A stretch of DNA of 63,706 bases, counting the filler, from Globobulimina sp. (Eukaryota), in NCBI GenBank assembly GCA_003354225.1. It is 33 parts of 33 records of this genome, joined end to end, with 100 filler letters (N's around TTAATTAATTAA, not from the genome) between each part and the next. Parts side by side here need not be neighbours in the genome. Positions count along the whole stretch, not along the records: positions 50,284 to 52,115 come from PIVH01011430.1; positions 52,216 to 54,047 come from PIVH01011431.1; positions 54,148 to 55,979 come from PIVH01011432.1; positions 56,080 to 57,911 come from PIVH01011433.1; positions 58,012 to 59,843 come from PIVH01011434.1; positions 59,944 to 61,775 come from PIVH01011435.1; positions 61,876 to 63,706 come from PIVH01011436.1; 26 more parts are not named here. One strand, given 5' to 3'. Shown here one piece after another: positions 50,284 to 63,292 of this stretch; positions within the stretch are counted from its first letter, which is position 1; each line of letters starts with the position of its first letter. The position numbers were made by a program, and so were the translations under genes. The notes under the pieces are model-generated. The model was not told where the DNA came from, ran no database searches, and was given only the letters and a program-made list of their open reading frames with translations.

Positions 50284-50828
50284 GTGTGCCCAGTGTAGAC
50301 ATAGTAGCAATGCTTATTTTATGTGATATCAATAAATGTAACTTATCACTGATGTTTTGACTAAATAATGAGTGCAACCACGTATCTTTTTCATCCAATA
50401 ATAAAAGAGGGGCAATGCCTGTATATATTAAAGAGAATCCAATGATTAATTGGTTGCACAAATTGATTACATTACAATCGAGCAGTAACTAATTAATTAT
50501 ATAGATATAGTGACTAATCTTCGTGATTATCAATTTGAGAACGAATCACATTTTTTGATATTTCGGCACTTTTATATTCAAATCTTTTAACATTTGATAG
50601 AATTTCATCAATTTTTTGTAATTTGTTTTTGTTGATTGAAGAAATAAGTTGTTGTGTGGTTAAATAATCACTGACGATTTTATCTATTCCGCCAAAGATT
50701 TGAACTATCTCTGTTGTGTATTCTGATAGATCTACACCATCGATACCTGATAATATCCGTTCGTGTAACTCATAAACTGTTGTATGCGTTAATGAAGCCA
50801 TCTGTTCCAAAAACTTCCACTCTTTCAC
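50284..50828 (-). CDS. Unknown protein, probably two exons, partial
   Basis: 104-aa ORF followed by an AT-rich gap and a further ORF. Confidence 0.4.
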
Positions 50829-51372
50829 TGTTTTATTTTTACTATTTTATAATATTGACTTGCCGGCAGTCAACACGAAGAAAGTGATTTTGATGATTGA
50901 CTTTGCACTTCAGTCTTTATCAGAAAATAAAAACCTTTCTTCTCTCGACCTTAATTGTTTGAAACGTGAGAGCATGATACTTGCCGTCTCATACATTCAT
51001 CTTATCCCATCAACTCGTGCCAGTCCTATATCGAACCAGACGCGAAGGAAGGAGAAACCTATGGCAACGATGAATACATTATCGAAGAACGAGCATACGG
51101 TCGTGAGGAAAGATCGATGGTCGTTAGAGGATCAATATTTAGGTTACCCAGAGACCACCGTGATGCCAGACGCGTTTCGAGAGCTTTGCTGTCCACACCG
51201 TACCACACCGGAAGAGTAAGCCGGAGAAAGAGCCTATGCTCACCTTCCTGATGCAGAGCGATGACGCTTATGTGATGAATGCATTATGAATGAAAACAGA
51301 AATTAAATAAAAAAATAATAAAATGTGATGGTTGGGATTGGAACCCAAATCTTCTTTAAATATTTGCTTTCC

Positions 51373-51826
51373 TTAAGGTATTGTATTACGGTCCTTTACA
51401 TATTATATTCTATAAAATCTCCGTCTGTTTGTATGCATAAAACGAAAAGTTTTGATGCAGAGATCTCGAAGAAAATCTCGAAGAAAGGCTCCAGATTTGA
51501 CTATCCTATATTTTTTTATTGGAACGATAGAAATTTAATTCATTTTATTATTAGATATTATCAAGATATGCCTCAAGAAGATGTGTCAACTTTTATAGGT
51601 TTGTACATTTTTTTCGAGAGTGACGACATTTTTTTCAGATCTCCGAGTTATTGTATCTATCGTTCTAATCTGGAGCCTTTCTTCGAGTCTAGATCTCAAC
51701 CAATACGCCAGATTGCGAAATGTTTGAGCATTCAAATTGCAGAGACGGTAATGCACAGAATCAAAACTTTTCGTTTTATGCATACAAATAGACGGAGATT
51801 TTATATGTAAATAACCGTAATACAAT
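51373..51826. mobile_element. Foldback/MITE with long imperfect terminal inverted repeats
   Basis: ATTGTATTACGGT..AAAATCTCCGTCT.TTTGTATGCATAAAACGAAAAGTTTTGAT..GAAGAAAGGCTCCAGATT is mirrored at about 51655..51826. Confidence 0.9.
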
Positions 51827-52215
51827 GGGTATGCCTCAATGGGTGAGGTTTTATGCAATGAAAACCCATTAAGGAAATAGTACAATGAAATAACACAATG
51901 TTGGCATAATATTTGCGTAGATATTCATGCCGATGACAGTTCAATGTCTCATATAAATCTTGCGCAGACTCAAAAATAAAGCCATCGCCATCACATATTT
52001 CTTATTATATTTATAATAATGATAACATATCGTTAACTCATCAAAATCACCCGACTGAGCACTTAAATAATCAGTTTCTGATTGATCAGAATATCCAAAA
52101 TCTGAATAAACGCCGNNNNNNNNNNNNNNNNNNNNNNNNNNNNNNNNNNNNNNNNNNNNTTAATTAATTAANNNNNNNNNNNNNNNNNNNNNNNNNNNNN
52201 NNNNNNNNNNNNNNN

Positions 52216-54047
52216 CATTGTGTTTTCCGTATATCCTCATGATCCACAATATTATAACGTAATTGATCCAACCCCTGATTGTTACACAATGAATTTATGC
52301 ACAGAATATGGCACATGGGGAGAATCAATAGATTCAGTTCATCCATCCAGCGAAGAAAGAACCCTTCACTTATTACGTAATATAGCTCGTTTATTTCCTA
52401 CAGAGTATAAATCATCGAAATATGGTGTTCATCAATGGGGTTACAAGGGCAGTGATGATTGGCAATGGGATGATGCAGGATTCTGTAGCAAAGCAACTGA
52501 TTATCCAACATATTGGTATTCAATGGCTACGCAAGCATCGCGATTTCATGCATGGGATAAATTTACATGTAATGATGCAATTGGTCATGAAACGTGTTCT
52601 AATCCCGATCGATGTAAAAGATTTGATTCATGCGAATTTAGTGCAAGAAGTAAAACATTTATACCGCTTGGTATGGTTTACTGTACATTTTCAAACAAAA
52701 TTAAAAACAAATTTTGAACATGATTTGCTTGAATACTGTACATATTTTAGTAAAAACAAAAACCAATTGTATACTGATAATAATTAAAAACAATATGTAT
52801 TGTAAACACATAAAGGTGGAATATGGGGGAAAGCAGAAGGAATATATAATATGAATAATGGATATGGCAGTGGTCACTGTTCAGCTGTATTTGATCCATC
52901 CTATAAATACTGGGGTATTGGATATTGGCCATCAATGAGCAGTTCAACCACTTTATATATCAAAAATGGTATGTCACAGTCACTAATTTTGTGTTGATTA
53001 AATAATGAAAATTAAATATGTTTTGTTAAAAACAAAAAACAAACGCTTTGTATACCTGACAAAAATTAAAAACAATAAATAGGTCCACAAAGAGATTATC
53101 CAATTTATATGGGATCACATATGGATGAAACCAGTAAAATAGCGTCAAGTGATTATAATATAAATGAGAAACATTTAACATTTATGATGGGTTGGTATGG
53201 CGATGCCGATACAATCAATAAAAAAGCATCAAAAGTATATATATTATACAATGGTACAATGAATGAAATGGATTTAGAATTTGGTGATAGTAACAGTGGT
53301 ATTTATGAGTCACATTTTTATTATGCACAGAGCTGTGAACCATATGCATTTATTGTGGCGACTACAGATGACATAATTTATAGATTACCACAAGATGAAA
53401 AGTATTTTTTTGGTACAGCATGGGTTGAATTAGAGAAAGGTGTACCAAATGAGCAAGGTACTGATTATCCGCAATGTAATGAAAATCATTATTATCAAGA
53501 TTATCGGGAAAATAATGAATGGGTCGCAAATGGAGGTGAAAATATTACCAAATCTCAGATTAAATATATAAATCATCAAAATTGTCAGGGCTGTCACAAA
53601 GTGAATACATTGATAAATGTATATGATGCTTTTATGAATACTGCCACAACAACGCGTATGTTTTTTGTTTTTTGTCTCAGACTGTTTTTGTGAAATGAAA
53701 CACCCTCAAAAAACCAAAGCTACTTCAAACCCAACATTAGCACCGAGTGATTCAATAGGAATTTGTGAATCGAGTGGCTTGCCAGGTTATGAGGTGGAGA
53801 CATCTTTTAAAATCAGAATTAAAACAGAAGAAGATGAGGCGGAGAAAAATAAAAAAGTACAAGATTACACGGATGATATAGTTCAACAAAATACAAACTG
53901 TATAGATTATGATGTATTTATTGAAGAAGAAGAGGCGGAGAAAAATAAGAAAGTAGGAGATTACACGGATGATATAGTTCAACAAAATACAAACTGTACA
54001 GATTATGATGTATTTATTGAAGAAGAAGGGGTGCGAACCAAAAGATT
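52216..54047 (+). CDS. Multi-exon Cys/Trp-rich, probably extracellular protein, partial
   Basis: Co-oriented ORFs (52220, 53109, 53665) separated by GT..AG AT-rich gaps; family not recognised. Confidence 0.55.
53827..54027 (+). repeat. 96-bp coding tandem duplication (32 aa)
   Basis: EE.EAEKNKKV.DYTDDIVQQNTNC.DYDVFI occurs twice. Confidence 0.9.
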
Positions 54048-54147
54048 NNNNNNNNNNNNNNNNNNNNNNNNNNNNNNNNNNNNNNNNNNNNTTAATTAAT
54101 TAANNNNNNNNNNNNNNNNNNNNNNNNNNNNNNNNNNNNNNNNNNNN

Positions 54148-55391
54148 TCTGTTGATGCAGCCTTAACATCTTTCGTTTCAAACACATCAATAATTTTATT
54201 CGCTGCTTCTGGCGTTCCCATCCCTGTGCCCTTAATATTAATAATTACAATGACCATATCAAATAATCAGTGCTCGGATGTTACCATAACTCTTTTGGCA
54301 TAAATATTTTGCACTGATTCATTAATATGGTCATATTAATCATATCCTGCATTTCAAAAAAAGACACAACACACAATACCTTAATACAAGTCTGCAAAAT
54401 AACAGTATACCAACTATCTCTTTGATGCACTGATTCAAACTGAAAGGTCCATATTTTTGAAGCTTCCGTTTGAATATCAATTACATTGCCTGTATCTCGT
54501 ATATGTATCTTTATTATTTGCAATAAGTTAATATGTCCATCAAGCACTGCATCAGCTGCAGCAGTTGCAAAATAAGCCAGTTTTTTATTTACAAATAATT
54601 TAAACCATTTCTTCTTAAAACCGACAGTATTATAAACTTTAAATTTAAAATATCCTTGTTTTGTCACAATGCATCTCTTCGCAAAATCAGAACGAAACTC
54701 AAAGTTTTGAGCGTGAATCTGTGCATAAGCTCTGTAGGAATCCATATATTCTCAATAAAGATAGCAACATCAATTTTGATGCTTGCATAGATTTAACAGA
54801 TGCTACAAATGAATGTCGCATTAATTCCAATTCATCCAATTTTATGTTTGATACCGATTGAGCTCTACGCAATCTTCGTGAGTGTTTGCTTGGTGCTATG
54901 GATATTTTATCCTCATTCTTCTTTTTCATCGCATATTGACCTTTCACACTCTTTAATTTTATTTTAATATCTTGGCATTTTCGGATTTCATTCATATTAA
55001 TTTGATGTAATGGTTGAATAAGTTCATCTTTCATCGATAATAAATACATTTCATCAATTTCTTGAAAATTGCTCCAAGCTCTACCCATATTGTTTGAAAA
55101 TATTGCAAATTTATTGTTTAAATCGTCTCTTGAGATATTCCTTAATGTGTCACATAATAAACACAACAATCTCACTTTTTCTTTTTGTGTTGAATATAAT
55201 TCATTTGCTATTTTCTCCATCGAAGTTGTTAAATGTTTGCTGGCTTTTAGTACAGCTTTTGCATCGATAATCTCATCAATTTCGTCTGTTTGTATTGTGT
55301 TTGCCAATTGTATTGACCCTTTAATAATGCTATAACGCTTGAATAATGATCGAGATGCTTTATTGTTCATGATTTGAGCTAAAAAAAACAT
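54148..55391 (-). pseudogene. BAR-PH-like protein with a 1-nt frameshift near 54752
   Basis: Helical BAR-like region (ELIQPL), then PH domain (KQGYFKFK..FKKKWFKL..LAYF..GHINL..RDSW). Removing one A gives SLLEYMDSY. Confidence 0.65.
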
Positions 55392-55608
55392 GCATTTTGA
55401 ATTAATACATTATCTACACGTGATTATCTACGGAAACTAACCGAAACTAACGGAAAGACCAAAACAAATGAAGAATTTACAATTATCCTTGCACAACAAA
55501 TCAAACGCAACGATCACGCGACGAAATATTGATCCTCTAAATGTTAACAAAACACAATAATAAAAAGTTTTAACATATCAAACTATATAATATCAAAAAA
55601 AAAGCAAG

Positions 55609-55979
55609 TCACTTTCTTTTTCCTTTACCCATCGCTTCTTGCACCGCCAACTGATCCACCAATGTTGTGAATTCATTAAAATCCAATATATCATCGGCAC
55701 CAGATATCTCATCAAAATTCAACACCTCAAATCTTTTCTGAAATCCTTTGGGCAACGCCTTGACAAAGTAATTATACTCATCCAAACTCATCCCGACCTT
55801 ATCATCCTTCATCTCCATCGATTCTTGTACGCGCATTACAATATCCCTATGGTGTTGGATCAATTCCTTCTGGATCGAATCTTGAACGGTTTTGCTCATT
55901 TCTCGCAACTTCTCCAGGCCATCAGTATTACCATCCGCTAATGAGCCCAACCGCTCGTCCAAAGCCTTAAATTTCGCTA
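55609..55979 (-). CDS. C-terminus with EF-hand-like motif, 5'-partial
   Basis: FDEISGADDILDFNEF. Confidence 0.55.
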
Positions 55980-56079
55980 NNNNNNNNNNNNNNNNNNNNN
56001 NNNNNNNNNNNNNNNNNNNNNNNTTAATTAATTAANNNNNNNNNNNNNNNNNNNNNNNNNNNNNNNNNNNNNNNNNNNN

Positions 56080-57429
56080 GGTACAGATTGCACAGGCACT
56101 TGTTTTGGACCCCATCTTATTGATGATTGTGGACACTGTTTATTGCCATTAGATAGTGAATGGAATAATTGTTCACATCCAAGCATTCCAAGCAATAATC
56201 CGTCAAATAATCCCACAAATGTTCCATCAAATAATCCATCAAAGAATCCGTCAAATCATCCAATAAATAATCCCACAAATAATCCATCAAAGAATCCATC
56301 AAATAATCCATCAAATAATCCATCAAATACTCCCACAAATAATCCCACAAATAATACATCAAATAATCCATCAAATACTCCAACAAACAATCCATCACAG
56401 AACACAACACATCAACCAACAGAAAATCCAAACACTCCTACAAATAATCCAGTGACCAATCCAACAAAGAGTCCAACGAATATGCGCCGAGGTTTTGGAT
56501 TTCGATGCTTTTATAATGATAAACGTTTCATTGAATATTATTCTATTTCTATCACATTGACACAATACGCACAAATAATGGCTAGTTCAATATTAAGCAG
56601 CATCGAATCGATTACATTCTCGCCAAATAATTATAATCAAACACAAATCAATGAACATTCTCCTTGGAAAAGAGGCGGGATTTCGGATTTTGAAATTTGT
56701 TCAATATTTACAACAATTAATCTAAACAACTGTTCATTGTATCTGCACGACTCAGACTCACATGATTCAGATGATAATGACATTAATGCTGAATTTTCTG
56801 CTGTTGCTACATTTGATATTATTTCAGAAGAAAAATTGAATGAGTATGAAAACTTTCTAATTGATGCAATGCTTTCGAATAGATTTAAAAGTGTATTCAC
56901 ACGTAAAATGAATGAAGCATTGAAGAATGCCATGGCACCAAAAAGAAGAACTTTGTTAAACAATAATTTTGAAACAGTTTTAATTGAAATAATTTTGAAA
57001 CCAAATATCAGTGATCAAACTAGCGAAGCACCGGATTTTGACGATAAACAATTGAATGCTCAGAATAATTCAGTTACTGTCATTGTTGTGGTTATATTGG
57101 TTTTATTCTTCATACTAGCGATTATTGCATTGGTTTATTACAAAATACTTGGACATAAATCCCACGTTGCTCCACAAATTGAAATGCAAAGAGTGGCAAA
57201 TGATCATGTTAAGAATAATGGGGATCCATTGTTTAATGATATTATTCGAGCCATTGATGATAATGCAGCTGCGGCAGCATTTAATAATGAGCATAGCAAT
57301 GAGTTATTGGGTATGGATGATGGTATTGCATTGCCAGCAAATACAGAAACAATCGGAAATGAGTCAGGTGAAAATATTGAAAAAGAGAAAACACAGACTT
57401 TTAGATTTGGTGACACGTTCTCTATGTAG
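56080..57429 (+). CDS. Type I surface protein: Cys motif, (N/K)NP(S/T) stalk, TM; 5'-partial
   Basis: DCTGTCFG...DDCGHC, about 20 tetrapeptide repeats (12-nt units, about 56185..56480), TM VIVVVILVLFFILAIIALVYY. Confidence 0.85.
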   Translation, partial: GTDCTGTCFGPHLIDDCGHCLLPLDSEWNNCSHPSIPSNNPSNNPTNVPSNNPSKNPSNHPINNPTNNPSKNPSNNPSNNPSNTPTNNPTNNTSNNPSNTPTNNPSQNTTHQPTENPNTPTNNPVTNPTKSPTNMRRGFGFRCFYNDKRFIEYYSISITLTQYAQIMASSILSSIESITFSPNNYNQTQINEHSPWKRGGISDFEICSIFTTINLNNCSLYLHDSDSHDSDDNDINAEFSAVATFDIISEEKLNEYENFLIDAMLSNRFKSVFTRKMNEALKNAMAPKRRTLLNNNFETVLIEIILKPNISDQTSEAPDFDDKQLNAQNNSVTVIVVVILVLFFILAIIALVYYKILGHKSHVAPQIEMQRVANDHVKNNGDPLFNDIIRAIDDNAAAAAFNNEHSNELLGMDDGIALPANTETIGNESGENIEKEKTQTFRFGDTFSM

Positions 57430-58123
57430 TAATATTAAAAAAAAATTAATTATTCTTTAATTTGTTTCGTTAATTATTCCATCTGTTTTGCGGCAGTGAT
57501 CATGATTGAGAACAAGAAGCGGTTCAACACATTGAAAAGCAAAAAGAAAGCCAGAGCCAGCTACATAATTCATTTTACTTTTTGTTTGTCTTTTGGGGAA
57601 CTAACTCACTGACTAGGAAAGGTGATGACGGGCTTAAAGGCCATATGTCATCATTAATTTCCGTAACCAACTTTCTTGTTTGCTGATCGCCTTAAAACGA
57701 TATTTATGCACATACAATATTTCAATAATCATATCATGGGATGTATTCAAGAAAAGTACCCAAATTCATATTACTGTGGGGTTTGGATTAAATTGGAAGG
57801 AAAATAGGTTAATAATAAAATGTTAATGGTTCCCGATGAAACACAACCTTTAACAATTCAATTTTGACTTTCAATGTTTTTATTTTGAATAATCTGTAAA
57901 AAACTGTAAATNNNNNNNNNNNNNNNNNNNNNNNNNNNNNNNNNNNNNNNNNNNNTTAATTAATTAANNNNNNNNNNNNNNNNNNNNNNNNNNNNNNNNN
58001 NNNNNNNNNNNTTTCCCTTACGTTTCCAACAAAAGTGAACCGAGATAATGGTATACAGGGGGTTATCTTTTTAATAGTATCGTCCAGTTACTAACGCTCC
58101 CCCCCACTTTGTTCTCGATTTTC

Positions 58124-58199
58124 AAACCCAAGATAAACCTATAGTAAACCGTTTCTGTATTTGCAAAGCGTTTCTCCGATAATTGAATAAAATGTATAC
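58124..58199 (+). repeat. Dispersed ~78-bp repeat, copy 2
   Basis: Aligns with 27721..27798. Confidence 0.85.
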
Positions 58200-58281
58200 T
58201 TTGCTGAATAAAATGAAAAAACTTTTTCCAGCATTATCGGAGAGTCCTAATCATTCTATACAATTATGTAAATTATGTAAA

Positions 58282-59255
58282 TTAGTTTGTATTTTTTAAC
58301 ACAAGACTCAGGAATTCTTGCTTGGTTGTTTTGGCAGTAATATCTCCTTTATATGCCCACTTAATACAACATGCTTGTAAACAGCTGTGATATTTTGAAC
58401 AATATTTGTCGTACTTTTGTTTATTAACAGCAAACATTAAAAATAAGGCTGTTGCATTTATAAAAATATCTAAACCAATAAGTACTCCGCCAGGTAATCG
58501 TAACTGGTCTAAAGGCACCTGAACAGCCAATAATGTCGAAAATAAAAACGTTGAAATAACTCCCATCAAAATCAACGTTGAATATCTTGTCGTTGTTTCC
58601 AATGTATCCAATTCAATAATATTTTTTGATGAATTCTCCTTAGCATTTGTATTATCATTAATGTCTTGTTCAAAAAAGTGGGTTCCGCGAAGTAAAAAAA
58701 TTCGAAATAATTTTTTGAATAAAATGTACAATAAAATAATGTCATAACTAATAATCATAAAAACACACAAAGGAGCAATAATCCCTACGACTGCTTTATA
58801 TATGTCTTGATCGCCAATACCATAAATTACGACAATTAGCAACATGACAACAGCAATTAATATGATATAAATATACAAACATTTAATTAGATATACAAAC
58901 ATATGCGATTTCTGGAATGCGTGGTCAATTCGTAAAAGAAATGTAAATAACATGGTCCATATTCCAGCCACATAAAATAATAAACCAAATGCATCCAAAC
59001 TATAATAAATAAAACAGAATTTTCCTTGGTTGATCCAAAATAAATATACCACGCAATAAACATAAATGTATACGATACAGATGATATCATGAAGCAAGCA
59101 ATCCCGCAGACACTACCTCTGTATGTGCACGTACTTCTGTTCTGATCCGCTGCATTCAGTAAAGTGTAGAGATAATAAATCATAAATGGCGTTGTAACAA
59201 CAAACACCACGAAGCTAAGACTGTTAAACAACCAATACAGGGCATCAGAAGCCAT
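58282..59255 (-). pseudogene. 7TM GPCR-like membrane protein with frameshift near 59000-59030
   Basis: Two overlapping ORFs together give about 7 helices; LRIDHAF, LFKKL, TTRYSTL, DIFIN, Y.KYC...H.C. Confidence 0.7.
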
Positions 59256-59434
59256 TGGATTGAAAGTAGGAAAACTCTCTGTAAAACAAAACAGATTAAC
59301 AAAGAACGTATCTCCTCTCTCAATATTGATTCAAATACAAAATAAAAAATAAATTATGCAAATGATTGAATGAAATGCTGCGGATTTATTCGGATTTAAT
59401 TGAAAAAAACAACAACAAAAAACAGAAAATCAAA

Positions 59435-59843
59435 TTAAATATTTTGCTCGCCATCACTGTCCAATATATCCTCTGTTTCTACATCATCAAAATCCAAATT
59501 GTACTGCAGCTCTTCACCGTGCATATCAACAAAGTTAAAATCATTGTCTTCATTTTCATTTTCCAATTCATCAACTTCACCAATTTCAAAAATTGTTTTA
59601 GTACCAACATGCATAGTACCATCGACATCAAATTCTTCCGTATTAATATTGTCGTCATCCTGATTTGGAATTTGTTCAACAAATGCATACACTTTGGATG
59701 ATTTATTTGGTGACCACAATATCATCACAACCATTGTCTTCAATAAAAATGCAAAATGCCAGAAACACTGTCGAACTACAACAGTAAGATCAAAATATTC
59801 ATACAGGTTTTTCCGAATATAACTTTCACAAATTACATCCAAG
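59435..59843 (-). CDS. C-terminus of a membrane protein with acidic tail
   Basis: TM ending ILWSPN..YAF, then D/E-rich tail (GOST/TMEM87-like ending). Confidence 0.5.
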
Positions 59844-59943
59844 NNNNNNNNNNNNNNNNNNNNNNNNNNNNNNNNNNNNNNNNNNNNTTAATTAATTAAN
59901 NNNNNNNNNNNNNNNNNNNNNNNNNNNNNNNNNNNNNNNNNNN

Positions 59944-61775
59944 GACGGCATTTTACTGTTCAAACCAATCTTGATTCGCGTTTGAATTTTATTTTCACAT
60001 TTTACTAATAAATCTAACAACTCCTTAGTACCAATCACAGCTTCGCGGAAATAAGTCATTAATCCAATCAATGCAGTATTCCATTTATTTGCTACTTTAG
60101 TAAATGTAGTCTGTCCACTGCTCATTAAAATGGCACGTATTCGATTTTCAAAAGATTTCATCGAATCGAAGGATACTTTTAGGCAGGCAATGGCTGTGCG
60201 TTCCTGTGTCTCTTCGTTTTGCAAGGGCCAGGTTCCTTGTTTAATGGTGAAGTTTTCAGTCAACAATCGGCATTTTGGTACTATGCGTACTTCAAAGCCC
60301 ACCATATCGAATAATAAATTTGGATTATTGTTGGAATAGACAGATACAAAGGATTCATCCCATAATAATGTGGTCACACTGCGTGGTAATCTATTTTTTA
60401 TTTCCCAAAACACAGCGCGACCCAAATTCACATCGTGTCGCATTAATCGCATACGGCAATCGCGAGGCCAACATTTCTTATTATTATATCCCACCACATT
60501 CTCATTATTTGGATCGGGATTCTCTACCAAATATTTACTAATTAATTCCGAGGATTCCTTCTTTGTAAACTTAAATAGTATATAAATCTTATCAATATAT
60601 CGGCAATATAACCGGATTGGATGTCTCTCTTCGATTTCTACATTTGTGTGCGATAAGAAATCATTTGGTTTCTCGCATAAGCCGGCGATCTCAGAGCCTC
60701 GCGTTAAACCTAAGATCAATAAATCTAACACCAATGCATAATACTGATAGATAAAGGAAGCAAATTGTAAGCCCCGAATCAAACCATAATGGTTGGTATG
60801 TTGCATATCTTTGTACGATATAATGACATTATTCTTACAGGTCATGTAATCGGCGATATTATGATCCACAATTAACCGCAATAACCGGTGCAACATTGTA
60901 AAATGAATCTTTTCAAAGACTTGGGATAAATTCGATTGTAACATGACCACACATTCACCATCCGAGGTATCCCAGATATTATATAAATGGTTGATGCCTC
61001 GACACCATTTATACACCAATTGTGGAGGTGGCTCGCTATCAGAGGGTTTGATCCAATTTGGAAACAACCTCCGTTTATCCGACTCATACCATAAATATTG
61101 ATCCAAATATGCGTCGGTTATCTTTTCCAATGCTTCTATGTCATACACTGGTATTAAATGACTATACAAATCCATAAATTCAATACCAATCTCTTTAAAC
61201 GACCGCAACATTAATAAATGCCGCTTTATCCGCGCTAATGTCTCATGTGGATTATCATAGGCATTCTCAATCAAACCCAATTCTTCCCGTTGCGATTGAT
61301 TCAATCGACTCTTTGATGAATACGACTCTTTCAACCGCTCCAGACATAATATCAATAATTTCGTATCATGTTTATACGATATTGGCGGGAAAGGAATCGG
61401 TGAAAATTTGCGCGATTCTAACCAATGCACAGTGGTGGTATAAATGGCCACTGCTTCCTCGTTAGACAAATACGGTCCATCTTTACAATATGAATTTTGT
61501 CGCTCTTGTTCAGATTTCAAATGCAATCTGGTCAGCCGCCCCAAATTCTTCTTACACACCGTCTTATCCACAGTGGCTCCTCTCCGTATTCGCTCCCGAT
61601 TGTAATGAGCCACACAAGTCCACCAATCCGCTTTGGCTTTCACGTATTTCAATATCATATTTTCAATAATCGAGGGTAAGCCTGGCACTTTCCACGGAAT
61701 ATTGGCCTTCCAACACCGCCAAGCTTCCGACAAATGCTGCAAGATCGTGCGCGCCTTGTTGGCTTACACAGAATG
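59944..61775 (-). CDS. PRP8: Pre-mRNA splicing factor Prp8, internal fragment
   Basis: [67 protein letters not shown]. Confidence 0.98.
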
Positions 61776-62268
61776 NNNNNNNNNNNNNNNNNNNNNNNNN
61801 NNNNNNNNNNNNNNNNNNNTTAATTAATTAANNNNNNNNNNNNNNNNNNNNNNNNNNNNNNNNNNNNNNNNNNNNATTGCTGTGAATAACCGAATCTATG
61901 ATCCTCAAAACATGGCACTGGTCATTATAGAAAATAAAGTGACATCACACCACATTCAGCCAAATAATTGTACGAAGATTGCACCAAGTAATACTTGGAA
62001 AAATACCACCGGATATAAGAATTATAGATCATTAATACCAAAACCAATGAGGACTTGCGATATGCCTCAAACTCCATATGCCAGCAAAAGGATTACGAAG
62101 CAGCCATGGATCCATCAATAGCAATACTTTTTTTTTGTCTAATTTGTGTGTGTGTGTTCCGGAGTTCAGTCAGGCAGACTCAGAAAACCTCCGTAGCCAA
62201 AACTGCCGGACGATATGAAAATTGTTACAGCCATTAAGGCACTTGGTTGCAGTATAATAGTAGTCCAC

Positions 62269-62529
62269 CTATATGGGAACGTGCAAAATCTGCATTTCTT
62301 CCATGAATATACCCCTTTTATTGTCGCATTTGAAATAGCGAATGCCATTATGTGTCCCGTCACTGTTACCCGCGACACTATCCGTCATAAAGATTTCCGC
62401 GCCGACAAATATATCATCTTCATCTGGTATATTCTTCTTTTTTTTTTGTAAAATGTGACCACGAAATCGTACAATTCCTACACGAAATCCTGGCAGTAAT
62501 ACTACATCATCCAGCTTGCACAGAACCAT
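62269..62529 (-). CDS. CAP-Gly domain protein (possibly truncated)
   Basis: GIVRFRG..FVGAE..GNSDGTHNGIRYFKC..RGIF. Confidence 0.8.
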   Translation of the reverse strand: MVLCKLDDVVLLPGFRVGIVRFRGHILQKKKKNIPDEDDIFVGAEIFMTDSVAGNSDGTHNGIRYFKCDNKRGIFMEEMQILHVPI

Positions 62530-62618
62530 TATTCAACAAAGCAAAGGATTTACTTAAACTGTTTTTCACCGTATCTTTAATACTTTCTTTTCATTTGAAA
62601 AAACTTTTTGTGACCAAT

Positions 62619-63215
62619 ATGGGAGCTTATTTTTCTGCGTTAATCGCACAAATAACTGCGACCGACTCACATAATGAAGGAATAGTGGGGGCATTGGATG
62701 CTGTCAAATCAGAACAGCAACAAATGGATAACATACAGTCAGAGGAAACAGTAAGTGATTCAAACAATAATTTAAATTATAATTCACCGTCGCCAGCAGA
62801 ATCATCAGTGTCTTTAATCAGTAAATATAATGATACTGAGGATGAAATAAACGAAGACAAACAAAATGGATGTAACAATAATGAAAACCTGGATTGCATC
62901 AAAGAAGAAGAAAAAAGTGAGTTTATAAATCATGGATTGTTGCATTATGAAAAGATTCGGAAAGAATGGACAGAATACAATGATAAGAATGATATGAATG
63001 GAGAAAATGAGATATGTGAAGCATTACTATTCGATGAAGAAGAAACGGAACAAATATACAAATTAATTGTCGATGATAAAGCATTTAAATATAATGTGCC
63101 ATTGGAGATAATCACTGAAATTATAAATAAAATATGGAAACATGAACAAACGGTGGGATACGAAATATCTTCGAAACATCATGGGAACCATGCTTTGGCT
63201 CTTGATCGATTGTGA
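62619..63215 (+). CDS. Gag1-like clamp (DUF4050) protein
   Basis: MG start; FINHGLLHYEKIRKEW; F...VPL..I..I..IW..E. Confidence 0.7.
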   Translation: MGAYFSALIAQITATDSHNEGIVGALDAVKSEQQQMDNIQSEETVSDSNNNLNYNSPSPAESSVSLISKYNDTEDEINEDKQNGCNNNENLDCIKEEEKSEFINHGLLHYEKIRKEWTEYNDKNDMNGENEICEALLFDEEETEQIYKLIVDDKAFKYNVPLEIITEIINKIWKHEQTVGYEISSKHHGNHALALDRL

Positions 63216-63292
63216 TTTTTTTTTAAATTTATAATGTTTATAGTTGAGTGCAAGGATTACAGTTAATAGTAGTTAGTAAAACAAATAAAAAA

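Noticed and set aside
50860-51290. GC-richer block with SD-like AAGGAG before ATG 51061
   Set aside because: No recognisable protein in the frames examined; probably foreign or chimeric but cannot be assigned.
51325-51885. Similar ORFs on opposite strands (IKSPS.CMHKTKSFD)
   Set aside because: Translation of the two arms of the foldback element.
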